This document shows positions 1 to 9,316 of a stretch of DNA of 64,000 nucleotides, in pieces. A program made the position numbers and the translations under genes. Location of the stretch: contig JAFRIS010000014.1 of NCBI GenBank assembly GCA_017432665.1, positions 4,383 through 68,382 on the forward strand, written 5' to 3'. Position 1 is the first letter of the stretch, and every line of letters begins with the position of its first letter. The notes under the pieces were generated by a model that saw only the letters and a list, made by a program, of their open reading frames with translations, was not told the origin of the DNA and made no database searches. The DNA is from Bacilli bacterium (GTDB lineage: Bacteria; Bacillota_I; Bacilli_A; RF39; UBA660).

Positions 1-1
1 T

Positions 2-673
2 GATAAAACTAATAATAGTTATGATAGTGTAATTAATGTATTTAAAGATAGGGAATATACTAAAGAGTTAATTAATAAATATTGGTTTTTGACAGATAAA
101 ATTTTGGATAAAAATATTTATTATCCATTAGAAGGATATTTATTCCCTGATACATATCATTTTGAAAACAAAGACGTAGAAGTGAAAGAGATAATTGATA
201 AAGTATTGGAAGAAACTGATAATAAACTTAGCGAATATAGGGATGAATTATCTAAAGATCCACATTACTATATGACTATGGCTTCAGTTGTTGAACTAGA
301 AGGAACTAATACTACTAATAGGAAGATGATAGTAGGCATCTTTAAAAATAGAATGTCTTCTGGTATGAACATGGGTAGTGATGTTACTACATACTATGCA
401 TTGCAAAAATCTATGAATCAGGATTTAGCAAGTTCTGAATTCCTAGTAGATAATCCATATAATACAAGATCAGTTAATATGATTGGTAAAATGCCAGTAG
501 GACCTATTTGTAGTAGTAGTTTATCTAGTATTGATGCTAGTTTACATCCGACAGATAGTGATTACTTGTTCTTTGTAGCTGATAAACATGGTAATATTTA
601 CTATACTAGAACTAATGCAGAACACGATAAGAAAGTAGCAGAAATTAAAGAAAAAGGAGATTGGATTTGGTAA
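2..673 (+). CDS. mltG: Endolytic murein transglycosylase MltG/YceG, C-terminal part. The 5' end lies outside the window.
   Basis: The reading frame is open from the window edge. The conserved YYPLEGYLFPDTY motif is present. A yrrM-like methyltransferase follows, as in Bacillus yrrL-yrrM synteny. Confidence 0.8.
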   Translation, partial: DKTNNSYDSVINVFKDREYTKELINKYWFLTDKILDKNIYYPLEGYLFPDTYHFENKDVEVKEIIDKVLEETDNKLSEYRDELSKDPHYYMTMASVVELEGTNTTNRKMIVGIFKNRMSSGMNMGSDVTTYYALQKSMNQDLASSEFLVDNPYNTRSVNMIGKMPVGPICSSSLSSIDASLHPTDSDYLFFVADKHGNIYYTRTNAEHDKKVAEIKEKGDWIW

Positions 674-688
674 TCCAAGTACAATAAT

Positions 689-1279
689 ATGTTAAGCAAT
701 GATTTAATTAAAAATATGAAAGATTATGCTAAAGCAAATAATGTTCCTATTATGACTGAAGGAGGAATGCATTATTTACTTAAGTATATTAAGAAAAATA
801 AAATTAAAAACATCTTAGAAGTAGGGACAGCCATTGGTTATTCTGCTATTATGATGTGTGGAGTATCAGAGGATATTAAAGTAACTACTATCGAAAGAGA
901 TGAAAAGAGATATTTAGAAGCTATTAAAAATATAAAAAAAACTGGCTTAGAAGATAGAATACATTTAATATATAATGATGCTTTAAATGTTAGATTAGAT
1001 GATAAATATGATTTGATTTTTATTGATGCAGCTAAAGCCCAAAATAGAAAATTTTTTGAAAGATTTGAACATAATTTAATTGATGGAGGTACTATTATTA
1101 CTGATAATATGAATTTCCATGGATTAGTAGATGAAGAAGTAGAAGCTAGTATTAGTAGAAATCTTAGACAATTAGTTAGAAAAATAAGAGAGTATCGTGT
1201 CTATTTAGAAGAAAATCCTAAATATGATACAGAATTCTTAGATACAGGGGATGGAATGGCTATTAGTGTTAAAAAGTAG
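689..1279 (+). CDS. SAM-dependent O-methyltransferase of the YrrM / caffeoyl-CoA OMT family
   Basis: 196 aa with the class I methyltransferase motif EVGTAIGYSA and an acidic DAAK segment. It sits immediately after mltG. Confidence 0.75.
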   Translation: MLSNDLIKNMKDYAKANNVPIMTEGGMHYLLKYIKKNKIKNILEVGTAIGYSAIMMCGVSEDIKVTTIERDEKRYLEAIKNIKKTGLEDRIHLIYNDALNVRLDDKYDLIFIDAAKAQNRKFFERFEHNLIDGGTIITDNMNFHGLVDEEVEASISRNLRQLVRKIREYRVYLEENPKYDTEFLDTGDGMAISVKK

Positions 1280-1645
1280 GTGATAAAATGCAAATACTTA
1301 GTTGTAGTAGAACTTTAGGTACTTGCTGTAGCGATGGAGGATTAGTAGTATTATTGGATATTACTAGGAGAGTATTAAATATTATTCAATTAATTGTTCC
1401 AATTATTCTAATCATAGGAGCAACTATTGGTTTAACAAAACTAGTAATTAATCCTGAAGAAAAGAATGGGCAAAAGAAAGTAATTAATAGTTTTATTGCC
1501 GCTGTAGTAGTATTTATGATTCCAACAATAGTTAATGCGATGTTGGGAATAATGCCTAATAGTTTTAGTTTAAAAGCATGTTGGGATCAAGCTAAGCATA
1601 AAGCAGAAATAGCTAGGACTAGTAAAGCAAGATATATTAATCCTT
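1278..1645 (+). repeat. Direct repeat copy 1, about 368 bp, covering the RBS plus the 5' third of hydrolase paralog A
   Basis: It differs from copy 2 (2912-3279) at about 7 positions, i.e. about 98% identity. Similarity decays downstream. Confidence 0.85.
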
Positions 1646-2139
1646 ATGGTGATAAAGAACCATCTTCGATATTACCTAAACCAGAAGAATATGATGATAG
1701 TGAAAGAAAAACACCTTCATCAGGAGGTTCTACTTGGACAGGTGGAACTGTAACTGGTGAACAGATAATTGCTTATGCAAGTCAATTTCAACATAAAGGC
1801 TATAAAAAAGGATGTGGCTGGAAGGGAGAACCACCAGGAGAACCAACTTCATGTATCGGTCTTGTTGTTGGAGTTTATAGACATTTTGGAATCAAGGTAG
1901 ATTGTACAAATGATCCTAATAAGTATTTAAATAATCCAACAAAGTACACTGTTGTTACAAATGCTCCTCATCGTCCAGGAGATATAGTTCTTTATGAAGG
2001 ACATTATGCAATGTTAACTGGTAATGGAGATCAAATAATTCACTCAACCAGTGGTTCTAATGGAACACATTATAGTAATAGTTATAAAAAATCAAGTCAA
2101 AAATTATTAGGTATCGTACGTGTTAATGGTGTTCAATAG
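1288..2139 (+). CDS. Membrane-anchored cell-wall hydrolase: N-terminal 2-TM VirB2/TrbC-like hairpin domain fused to an NlpC/P60 cysteine peptidase domain (paralog A)
   Basis: The C-terminus has Cys (SCIGLVVGV) and His (HRPGDIV, HYAML) arranged as in NlpC/P60. The N-terminal 120 aa are homologous to the 101-aa protein at 23400 and end in the same CW(D/N)xAK motif. The RBS is AGGTGA. Confidence 0.7.
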   Translation: MQILSCSRTLGTCCSDGGLVVLLDITRRVLNIIQLIVPIILIIGATIGLTKLVINPEEKNGQKKVINSFIAAVVVFMIPTIVNAMLGIMPNSFSLKACWDQAKHKAEIARTSKARYINPYGDKEPSSILPKPEEYDDSERKTPSSGGSTWTGGTVTGEQIIAYASQFQHKGYKKGCGWKGEPPGEPTSCIGLVVGVYRHFGIKVDCTNDPNKYLNNPTKYTVVTNAPHRPGDIVLYEGHYAMLTGNGDQIIHSTSGSNGTHYSNSYKKSSQKLLGIVRVNGVQ

Positions 2140-2147
2140 GAGGGGTT

Positions 2148-2906
2148 ATGAATAGGTTTATAAAAGGAATAAAAAAGAAGTTTTATCGCTTGGATGAAAA
2201 AACTCAAAAGTCAATTATTCTCTTAGGGGCTGTTATTTTGATGACTTTAATAGTATTACTTAGTAGCCTTGAGAGAAGTAGTGATAATTTCAAAAATATT
2301 AAAAGAGATAAGAATAACTATTTAGTTTATTCAAAAGTAGAAAAGGCAGATAAGACATATCCAAAATATGTTCCAGATATTAATATAAAGTCTAATACTA
2401 TTGACCAAGTAAATGCAGATATAGATAATTATGTAGCTAATTATCTTAATACTGACAAGGCACTTGTTACTTATGAATATAGTATTAATGGAATTATTTT
2501 ATCTGTAGTTATTAAGGTAATGGATTATCAAAAAGAATATGCTCCAGAGATTGATTTTAAAACTTATAATATTAATTTAGATACTAAAGAAGTAATATCA
2601 GATCAAAGTCTATTAGAATTATTTCAAATAGATGAAGTAAAAGTTGGTAGTATTCTTGAGGCGTATTTTAAAAATTATTATGCTGAATTAGTTAAAGAAA
2701 AGTACTACGAACCAAGTGAATGTGATTATCAATGCTTTTTAGGTTATCGTGGTATTAATAATTACACAGATAATGTTCATTACTATGTAAAAGAAGGGAA
2801 TTTAATAGCTTATAAACCATTTGTCTTCTATTCAATATTTAATGATGAAGAATACTTTAAAGCAGAGCACTTTGAATTTTTATTAGTAGAGACAGAAAAA
2901 AATTAA
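2148..2906 (+). CDS. N-terminally anchored hypothetical protein lying between the two hydrolase paralogs
   Basis: 252 aa with a single N-terminal TM and a beta-rich C-terminal part. It is unique within the window. A DUF4163/DUF3298-like (RsiV-like) fold is possible but unverified. Confidence 0.45.
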   Translation: MNRFIKGIKKKFYRLDEKTQKSIILLGAVILMTLIVLLSSLERSSDNFKNIKRDKNNYLVYSKVEKADKTYPKYVPDINIKSNTIDQVNADIDNYVANYLNTDKALVTYEYSINGIILSVVIKVMDYQKEYAPEIDFKTYNINLDTKEVISDQSLLELFQIDEVKVGSILEAYFKNYYAELVKEKYYEPSECDYQCFLGYRGINNYTDNVHYYVKEGNLIAYKPFVFYSIFNDEEYFKAEHFEFLLVETEKN

Positions 2907-2911
2907 TCTCG

Positions 2912-3279
2912 AGGTGATAAAATGCAAATACTTAGTTGTAGTGGAACTTTAGGTACTTGCTGTAGTGATGGAGGATTAGTAGTATTATTGGATATTACTA
3001 GGAGAGTATTAAATATTATTCAATTAATTGTTCCACTTATTCTAATCATAGGAGCGACTATTGGTTTAACAAAACTAGTAATTAATCCTGAAGAAAAGAA
3101 TGGGCAAAAGAAAGTAATTAATAGTTTTATTGCCGCTGTAGTAGTATTTATGATTCCAACAATAGTTAATGCGATGCTGGGAATAATGCCTAATAGTTTT
3201 AGTTTAAAAGCATGTTGGGATCAAGCTAAGCATAAAGCAGAAATAGCTAGAACTAGTAAAGCAAGATATATTAATCCCT
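2912..3279 (+). repeat. Direct repeat copy 2, about 368 bp
   Basis: Near-identical to 1278-1645. The offset between copies is 1634 bp. Confidence 0.85.
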
Positions 3280-3770
3280 ATGGAGATATTAAAACAACAT
3301 CAATATTACCTAAACCAGAAGAATATGATGATAGTGAAAGAAAAACATCTTCATCAGGAGGTTCTACTTGGACAGGTGGAACTGTAACTGGTGAACAAAT
3401 AGTAGCTTATGCCATGCAATTTAAAGGAATGGGATATAGGTTGGGTTGCCATTGGAATGGAGAACTTCCATATCAAAATGCATCTTGTATTGGCTTTATC
3501 GTTGGATTATATAAACATTTTGGAATAAAAGTACCATGTACTGAAGATACGGATATGTATCTAAAAGATCCAAGTAAGTTTACAGTGGTTACTAATGGAC
3601 CACATCGTCCTGGTGATATTGTAATATTTGATGGTCACTATGCAATGTTGACAGGCAATGGAAATGAAATAATTCATTCAACAAGTACTGATGGAATTAT
3701 AGTATCTAGTAATTATCTAAAGTCTGGACAAAGTGTTTTGGGTATTGTTCATGTAAATGTTGTCCAATAG
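2922..3770 (+). CDS. Membrane-anchored cell-wall hydrolase, VirB2-like hairpin fused to NlpC/P60 (paralog B)
   Basis: The N-terminal 125 aa are nearly identical to paralog A. The C-terminal NlpC/P60 domain is divergent (SCIGFIVGL, HRPGDIV, HYAML). Confidence 0.7.
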   Translation: MQILSCSGTLGTCCSDGGLVVLLDITRRVLNIIQLIVPLILIIGATIGLTKLVINPEEKNGQKKVINSFIAAVVVFMIPTIVNAMLGIMPNSFSLKACWDQAKHKAEIARTSKARYINPYGDIKTTSILPKPEEYDDSERKTSSSGGSTWTGGTVTGEQIVAYAMQFKGMGYRLGCHWNGELPYQNASCIGFIVGLYKHFGIKVPCTEDTDMYLKDPSKFTVVTNGPHRPGDIVIFDGHYAMLTGNGNEIIHSTSTDGIIVSSNYLKSGQSVLGIVHVNVVQ

Positions 3771-3855
3771 TATTTTCTAGATAATAATGTATATGATAGG
3801 AAAGGTAACTTTCTTTTCTTTTTGTTTTGTAATATAATATCGTAGAGGTGTTCTT

Positions 3856-4704
3856 ATGAAATTATTAATAGAACCAAGTACTAAAAACAATTTATATAGT
3901 GATTATGCAGATGGCATTATTTTGCCTCTAGAAAATTATGCGGTCGAAAGTATAATTTCTTTTTCACTTGCTGAAATAAAAAAAATTACCAAGAATAGCG
4001 ATTGTGAAGTATTTATTAAAATTAATAAGAATTTACTTAATGAAGATATAGATGATTTAACTAATATTTTAAAAGAGTTGGATAAATTAAATATAACAGG
4101 TATTTTCTTTTATGATTTAGCAGTTCTAGAATTAAAAAATGAATTAAAATTAAAAACTGATTTAGTTTGGAATCAAACTCATATGGTTAATAATTATCGT
4201 ACTTGTGATTATTACTTTAATCATGGAGTTAAGTATGCTTTACTTGGAAAAGAAATTACTTTAGATGAAATAATTGAGATTATTAATAAGAGTAAAATAA
4301 CTAGTATTGTTGAAGTGGTAAGTAAGCCTAGTGTAGCTTTTTCTAAGAGAAAGTTAGTAACTAATTATTATAAAGATTTAGGAAAAACTGTTTCTAATGA
4401 TATTATTGTTAAAGAAAAGATTACTGACAGTAATTATGAGTTTATAGAGGATAATAATGGTACCAGTATTTTTTTAGATAAGATTACTAATGGTACTGTT
4501 ATTATTAAAGAATTATATGATAATAATTGTCAGTATATTATTTTTAAAGAGTATGGAATAAATGATTTCAAAGAATTAGTCATTGATACTATGAATTATA
4601 TTAGAAGTCATTGTGAAGATGAAAGATATGTTTCAAAATATTCAAAGTTAGGGGATAGTACAAATTTCTTTTTTAAGAAAACTATTTATAAGGTGAAGAA
4701 ATGA
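3856..4704 (+). CDS. Peptidase U32 family protein (YrrN-like)
   Basis: 282 aa. It sits upstream of, and is translationally coupled (ATGA overlap) to, a clear U32 peptidase, as in the yrrN-yrrO arrangement. Confidence 0.55.
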   Translation: MKLLIEPSTKNNLYSDYADGIILPLENYAVESIISFSLAEIKKITKNSDCEVFIKINKNLLNEDIDDLTNILKELDKLNITGIFFYDLAVLELKNELKLKTDLVWNQTHMVNNYRTCDYYFNHGVKYALLGKEITLDEIIEIINKSKITSIVEVVSKPSVAFSKRKLVTNYYKDLGKTVSNDIIVKEKITDSNYEFIEDNNGTSIFLDKITNGTVIIKELYDNNCQYIIFKEYGINDFKELVIDTMNYIRSHCEDERYVSKYSKLGDSTNFFFKKTIYKVKK

Positions 4705-5888
4705 AAAAAATAGAATTATTATCTCCTGCAGGAGACTTAGAAAGATTAAAAGTAACTCTTTTATATGGTGCAGATGCAGTTTATATTGGAGGAGAAAAAT
4801 ATAATTTAAGAGCTAATGCTAATAACTTTAATTTAGAAGAAATAAAAGAAGCTTGTAGTTTTGCACATAATTTAGGGAAAAAAGTACATTTAACTTTAAA
4901 TATAGTTTTCCATAATGAAGATATGTCTGGAGTAGAGGAATATATTAATGATGCAGTATCTGCAGGAATAGATGCTTTTATTGTTAGTGATCCATTTATA
5001 ATAAACTATATTAAAAGTAATTTTCCTAGGGTGGAAGTACATTTATCTACTCAAAATTCAACTAGTAATTATAAGGCTATAGAGTATTTTGAACATGAAG
5101 GTATTGATAGAGTAGTACTTGCTAGAGAACTTTCTAAAAAACAAATAAAAGAAATAATCGATAAAGTACATTGTGATATAGAAGTATTTATTCATGGTGC
5201 TATGTGTACTTGCTTTAGTGGTAGATGTGCTTTATCCAATTATGTTACTAATAGAGATGCCAATAGAGGTGGCTGTGCTCAAGTATGTCGTTTTGCTTTT
5301 GAAAATGGTAATAATAAAGAATTTACTATGGCCTTAAAAGATATGAATATGGCTGAATATATTGGTGATTTAATAGAAATAGGAGTTCGTAGTTTAAAAG
5401 TAGAAGGTAGAATGCGTTCTCTATATTACTTAGCTACTGTCATAGGTACTTATCGTGAAATAATTGATAATTATTATGCTGGTACTTTAGATGATGATAA
5501 GATGGAAGTTTTCCAAGAAAGATTAGATAGAGTAGCTAATAGAGAAACATCTACGCATTATTTTATGAAAGAAGCAGATTATACGGATCAATATTATTCA
5601 GGAAGAAGTGAAGTGTCTAATCAAGACTATTTAGGACAGGTAATTTCCTATGAAAACAACCTGCTAAAGTTTTATGAAAGAAACTACTTTGAAGTAGGAG
5701 ACTTAGTAGAAGTCTTTACTCCTCAAGGAATTCATTTTGCTTTTGTAGTAGAAGAATTATTTGATGAAGATATGAACAAAATGGATGTAGCTAGACATCC
5801 GGATAATATATATTATTTAAAAGTAGATAGTGATATTCAAATACCAGAATATTCAATGATAAAAATAGTTGAAAGAAAAAATAATTGA
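4701..5888 (+). CDS. Peptidase U32 family (collagenase-like, YrrO/PrtC-like)
   Basis: 395 aa with the U32 signature region FIHGAMCTCFSGRCALSNY and an EGRMRS segment. Confidence 0.75.
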   Translation: MKKIELLSPAGDLERLKVTLLYGADAVYIGGEKYNLRANANNFNLEEIKEACSFAHNLGKKVHLTLNIVFHNEDMSGVEEYINDAVSAGIDAFIVSDPFIINYIKSNFPRVEVHLSTQNSTSNYKAIEYFEHEGIDRVVLARELSKKQIKEIIDKVHCDIEVFIHGAMCTCFSGRCALSNYVTNRDANRGGCAQVCRFAFENGNNKEFTMALKDMNMAEYIGDLIEIGVRSLKVEGRMRSLYYLATVIGTYREIIDNYYAGTLDDDKMEVFQERLDRVANRETSTHYFMKEADYTDQYYSGRSEVSNQDYLGQVISYENNLLKFYERNYFEVGDLVEVFTPQGIHFAFVVEELFDEDMNKMDVARHPDNIYYLKVDSDIQIPEYSMIKIVERKNN

Positions 5889-5896
5889 GGTGCCAA

Positions 5897-7492
5897 ATGA
5901 AAAGGATTAATATTTTAAATTTAATATTTAGTATTTTTTTATCTATTTCAATAAATTTAAAATTGGTTATTGATAAGAATTTAGATTATTTTATTAAGAA
6001 ATTTCATATAGATATTATGTTTATAATAAAAGTAATCTTATTGAGCATCTTAATTTATTTTTTATTAAAAGTATTATTCCTTTTATTTGATAAAATACCT
6101 CTTAAAAACAAAAAATTAATATTAGACAAAAAAAAGACTATTTTAATATTCATAAGTATTTTTATAACATCAATGTTATATTTAATAGTTTATTACCCTG
6201 CGACATTCTTAAATGATACATTGTACATGTTATATGGACCTCTACATAGAGGAAGTCCTATAATTTATGGGATATTTATGTCAATACTTTTCTTTTCTTT
6301 AAAAAGTTTTGTTACTCCAACAATTGCTGTGTTTATTATGTCAATTATTCAAGCAATAGTTGCAAGTATTATTCTTACTTATGTAATTACTTGGTTCAAC
6401 AAAAGATTTAATAATGAAATACTAACTATTATCCTAATATGTTATTATGTGTTTATGCCTATTATAGCCAGTTATAATATAGCTCTAAATAAAGATAGTC
6501 CGTTTTCTTTAATGATATTATTGTTCTTTGTCTTTATATTTGAAATAGTTGAATCTAAAGGTAAGGTTTTAACTGATAAAAAGTTCTTATTAAATATCTT
6601 CTTAGCATCTATTTTCGCATCATATATTAGAAATAATGGTTTGTTTGTAGTATTAACATCATTATTAATTGTTTTTTCTATTTATGGATTTAAAAAATAT
6701 AGAAAGCAAAGTCTAATTGTTTTGTCATTAGTAGTTATGTTTTCTTTTGTTCCTCCAATCGCTTCTAAGTTATTGCATGCTGAACATTTAAAAAGAGAGT
6801 GGTATACTGTTCCTATTCAACAAGTAGGATATCTTGGTAAATATCATTCAAATAGATTAACAGACGAAGATTATAAAGTGTTATCTAAGTTTATTAATAA
6901 TCCTAAAAAGACATTAAAAAAACATTATGATGTGTTTACTGTTGATGAATTAAAATTTAATAAAAATTTTGATAGATATAAATTCAATGACTATTCAAAA
7001 GAATTTTTACATTTGTGGATTAGTAAATATCCAAATAATATTTCTCCATATACTAAGAGTTATTTATTAAATAGTTATCATTTGTGGTCTATTAATAAGT
7101 TTGATAGATCACAAAGTGTTATTTATGGCACAGCTGTTTTTGGTATAAAAAAGAGTAGACATATTTATCATAAAGAGATATTACCTAAAAATATTCAAGA
7201 AAAACTATTGAGATTCTATTATAAAACATGTGTTTATTTGAATCCTGCTGCTTGTTTTATTCTCTTATTAATAATTAATTTATATGCTTTAGAGAGAAAG
7301 AAAAAAGACATAGTTGTTTTGAGTGTTCCACTATTATCATTATGGTTTGTCTTAATACTTGGTTCACCATATTCATCTGCTTTAAGATATATGGCTCCAT
7401 ATATTTATATTTTACCTATATTAATGTTATATACATTTAAAATAACAAGAAAGGATGTTAGAAATGGATTATCTAGAAAAAGCAAAAAATAA
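5897..7492 (+). CDS. Polytopic integral membrane protein of unknown function
   Basis: About 10 predicted N-terminal TM helices followed by a soluble C-terminal domain. The ATG at 5897 follows a GAGGTG RBS. Confidence 0.5.
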   Translation: MKRINILNLIFSIFLSISINLKLVIDKNLDYFIKKFHIDIMFIIKVILLSILIYFLLKVLFLLFDKIPLKNKKLILDKKKTILIFISIFITSMLYLIVYYPATFLNDTLYMLYGPLHRGSPIIYGIFMSILFFSLKSFVTPTIAVFIMSIIQAIVASIILTYVITWFNKRFNNEILTIILICYYVFMPIIASYNIALNKDSPFSLMILLFFVFIFEIVESKGKVLTDKKFLLNIFLASIFASYIRNNGLFVVLTSLLIVFSIYGFKKYRKQSLIVLSLVVMFSFVPPIASKLLHAEHLKREWYTVPIQQVGYLGKYHSNRLTDEDYKVLSKFINNPKKTLKKHYDVFTVDELKFNKNFDRYKFNDYSKEFLHLWISKYPNNISPYTKSYLLNSYHLWSINKFDRSQSVIYGTAVFGIKKSRHIYHKEILPKNIQEKLLRFYYKTCVYLNPAACFILLLIINLYALERKKKDIVVLSVPLLSLWFVLILGSPYSSALRYMAPYIYILPILMLYTFKITRKDVRNGLSRKSKK

Positions 7493-8579
7493 TTTTTTAA
7501 ATAATGAAAAGTATTTAAGCGAATATGCTTGTTTTGATAAAGATGCGATTAGATTAAAAGAAGATAGTCCTGATATTCGTCCAGAGTTTTTTCATGATAT
7601 AGATCGTATTATTCATTCTTTGTCATATACTAGATATTTAGACAAGACACAAGTGTTCACAAGAGAAGAAAATGATCATATTAGTAAACGTATTACTCAT
7701 GTTCAATTAGTCAGTAAAATAGCTCGTACTATTGGTAGAGCATTGTCTCTAAATGAAGATTTAATAGAAGCTATTGCTTTAGGGCATGATATTGGTCATA
7801 CTCCTTTAGGACATTCCGGAGAAGCTATCTTAAATGAAATATCACTAGAAGAATTAGGGGAATATTTTGCTCATAATATTCAAAGTGTCAGACATTTAAT
7901 GTTAGTAGAAAATCATGGTAACGGACTAAACCTTACCATTCAAGTATTAGATGGTATTATGTGCCATAATGGAGAAATGTTAGATTCGAAATATACTCCT
8001 GTTAAGAAAGATAAAGATGAATTCTTAAAAGAGTTTAATGATTCATATAAAGATATAAAGAAAGCTAATAAGAATCATCCAATGACTTTAGAAGGTTGTG
8101 TGGTTAGAATAAGTGATATTATAGGTTATATTGGTAGAGATATTGAAGATGCTATTAGAATAGGTAAAATTAAAAGAGAAGACATTCCTAAGGATATTAT
8201 TGATGTCTTGGGTTCTACTAATAAAGATATTGTTAATACAATAATTATTGATATTATCATTAATAGTATGGATAAGCCATATATTAAGATGAGTGATGAT
8301 GTTTATAAGGCTTTAATTAATTTAAAGAACTTTAATTATAAGCATATTTATAGTAAAAGTATGACAAGAGAAGAACTTACTAAATATAGTTTAGGCATGA
8401 GAAAAATCTATGATAGATATTTAGATAGTCTTACTAATAATAATCAAGAAAGTATTATTTATCACTTTCTAAAAGGAATGAGTGATACTTATTTGAATAA
8501 TACTAGTGATAAGCGTAAAGTAATTGACTTTATTGCTGGCATGACAGATGAAATGTTTATTAGAGAAATAAGCAAGTAA
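7455..8579 (+). CDS. HD-domain phosphohydrolase, dGTP triphosphohydrolase-like
   Basis: HD motif (GHDIGHTPLGH). The start could instead be the ATG at 7464. Confidence 0.7.
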   Translation: MLEMDYLEKAKNNFLNNEKYLSEYACFDKDAIRLKEDSPDIRPEFFHDIDRIIHSLSYTRYLDKTQVFTREENDHISKRITHVQLVSKIARTIGRALSLNEDLIEAIALGHDIGHTPLGHSGEAILNEISLEELGEYFAHNIQSVRHLMLVENHGNGLNLTIQVLDGIMCHNGEMLDSKYTPVKKDKDEFLKEFNDSYKDIKKANKNHPMTLEGCVVRISDIIGYIGRDIEDAIRIGKIKREDIPKDIIDVLGSTNKDIVNTIIIDIIINSMDKPYIKMSDDVYKALINLKNFNYKHIYSKSMTREELTKYSLGMRKIYDRYLDSLTNNNQESIIYHFLKGMSDTYLNNTSDKRKVIDFIAGMTDEMFIREISK

Positions 8580-8593
8580 AACTTGCTTTTTTT
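8572..8593 (+). terminator. Rho-independent terminator after the HD-domain gene
   Basis: Hairpin GCAAGT-aaa-ACTTGC followed by a T7 run. Confidence 0.6.
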
Positions 8594-8602
8594 GTGATTT
8601 TG

Positions 8603-8611
8603 TGTTATAAT
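8603..8611 (+). promoter_or_regulatory. Candidate extended -10 element (TGtTATAAT) for greA
   Basis: Exact TGnTATAAT match about 120 nt upstream of greA. An 8-bp-arm palindrome CATGTTAA..TAACATG at about 8676-8698 lies in the leader. Confidence 0.35.
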
Positions 8612-8730
8612 ATGCCTACTTTTTTCCTCAGAAATATTTGGAAAAAAACTATTGAATTAAAAATAATAGTGTGATATACTATGACATGTTAATATGCTAA
8701 CATGGTAATTACACAGAAGAGGTGATTTAA

Positions 8731-9201
8731 ATGGGAAATAAAAATACCGTATATTTAACTCAAGAGGGGTTAGAAGAGTTAAAGAAGGAATTAGATGACT
8801 TAATTAATGTACAACGTCCAGAAAATATACAAGCCATAAAAGAAGCAAGATCATTAGGTGATTTATCTGAAAATGCTGAATATGATGCTGCTAGAAATGA
8901 ACAAGCTCAAATTGAGAGTAGAATTAAACAATTAGAGAAAATGCTTGAAAATGTTTCTATTATCGCTGAAGTTTCAACAGATAAAGTAAGTATTGGTAAT
9001 ACTGTATCTATTAAATATGTTGATGACGATGAAGAAGATGAATACAAGATTGTTGGTTCACAAGAAGCAGATCCTTTTGAAGCAAAGATTTCTAATGAAA
9101 GCCCTATTGCTCAAGCTTTATTTGATCATAAAGTAGGGGATGTTGTAACAGTAGAAAGCCCTAATGGAAGTTATGATATTGAAATAACTGAAATTAAATA
9201 A
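8731..9201 (+). CDS. greA: Transcription elongation factor GreA
   Basis: 156 aa with an N-terminal coiled-coil and a C-terminal FKBP-like domain. The characteristic LSENAEYDAA motif is present. Confidence 0.9.
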   Translation: MGNKNTVYLTQEGLEELKKELDDLINVQRPENIQAIKEARSLGDLSENAEYDAARNEQAQIESRIKQLEKMLENVSIIAEVSTDKVSIGNTVSIKYVDDDEEDEYKIVGSQEADPFEAKISNESPIAQALFDHKVGDVVTVESPNGSYDIEITEIK

Positions 9202-9205
9202 TTAA

Positions 9206-9232
9206 CTTATTCTGAAGAGAATAAGTTTTTTT
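9206..9232 (+). terminator. Rho-independent terminator after greA
   Basis: CTTATTCT-gaag-AGAATAAG followed by a T7 run. Confidence 0.7.
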
Positions 9233-9316
9233 ATGCAAAAATATTAATATTCTGCTTTTAAATTGTTGAAAAGTATAGTATACTTATTTATGATGATAAT
9301 AGGGAGAGTGTCGTAA

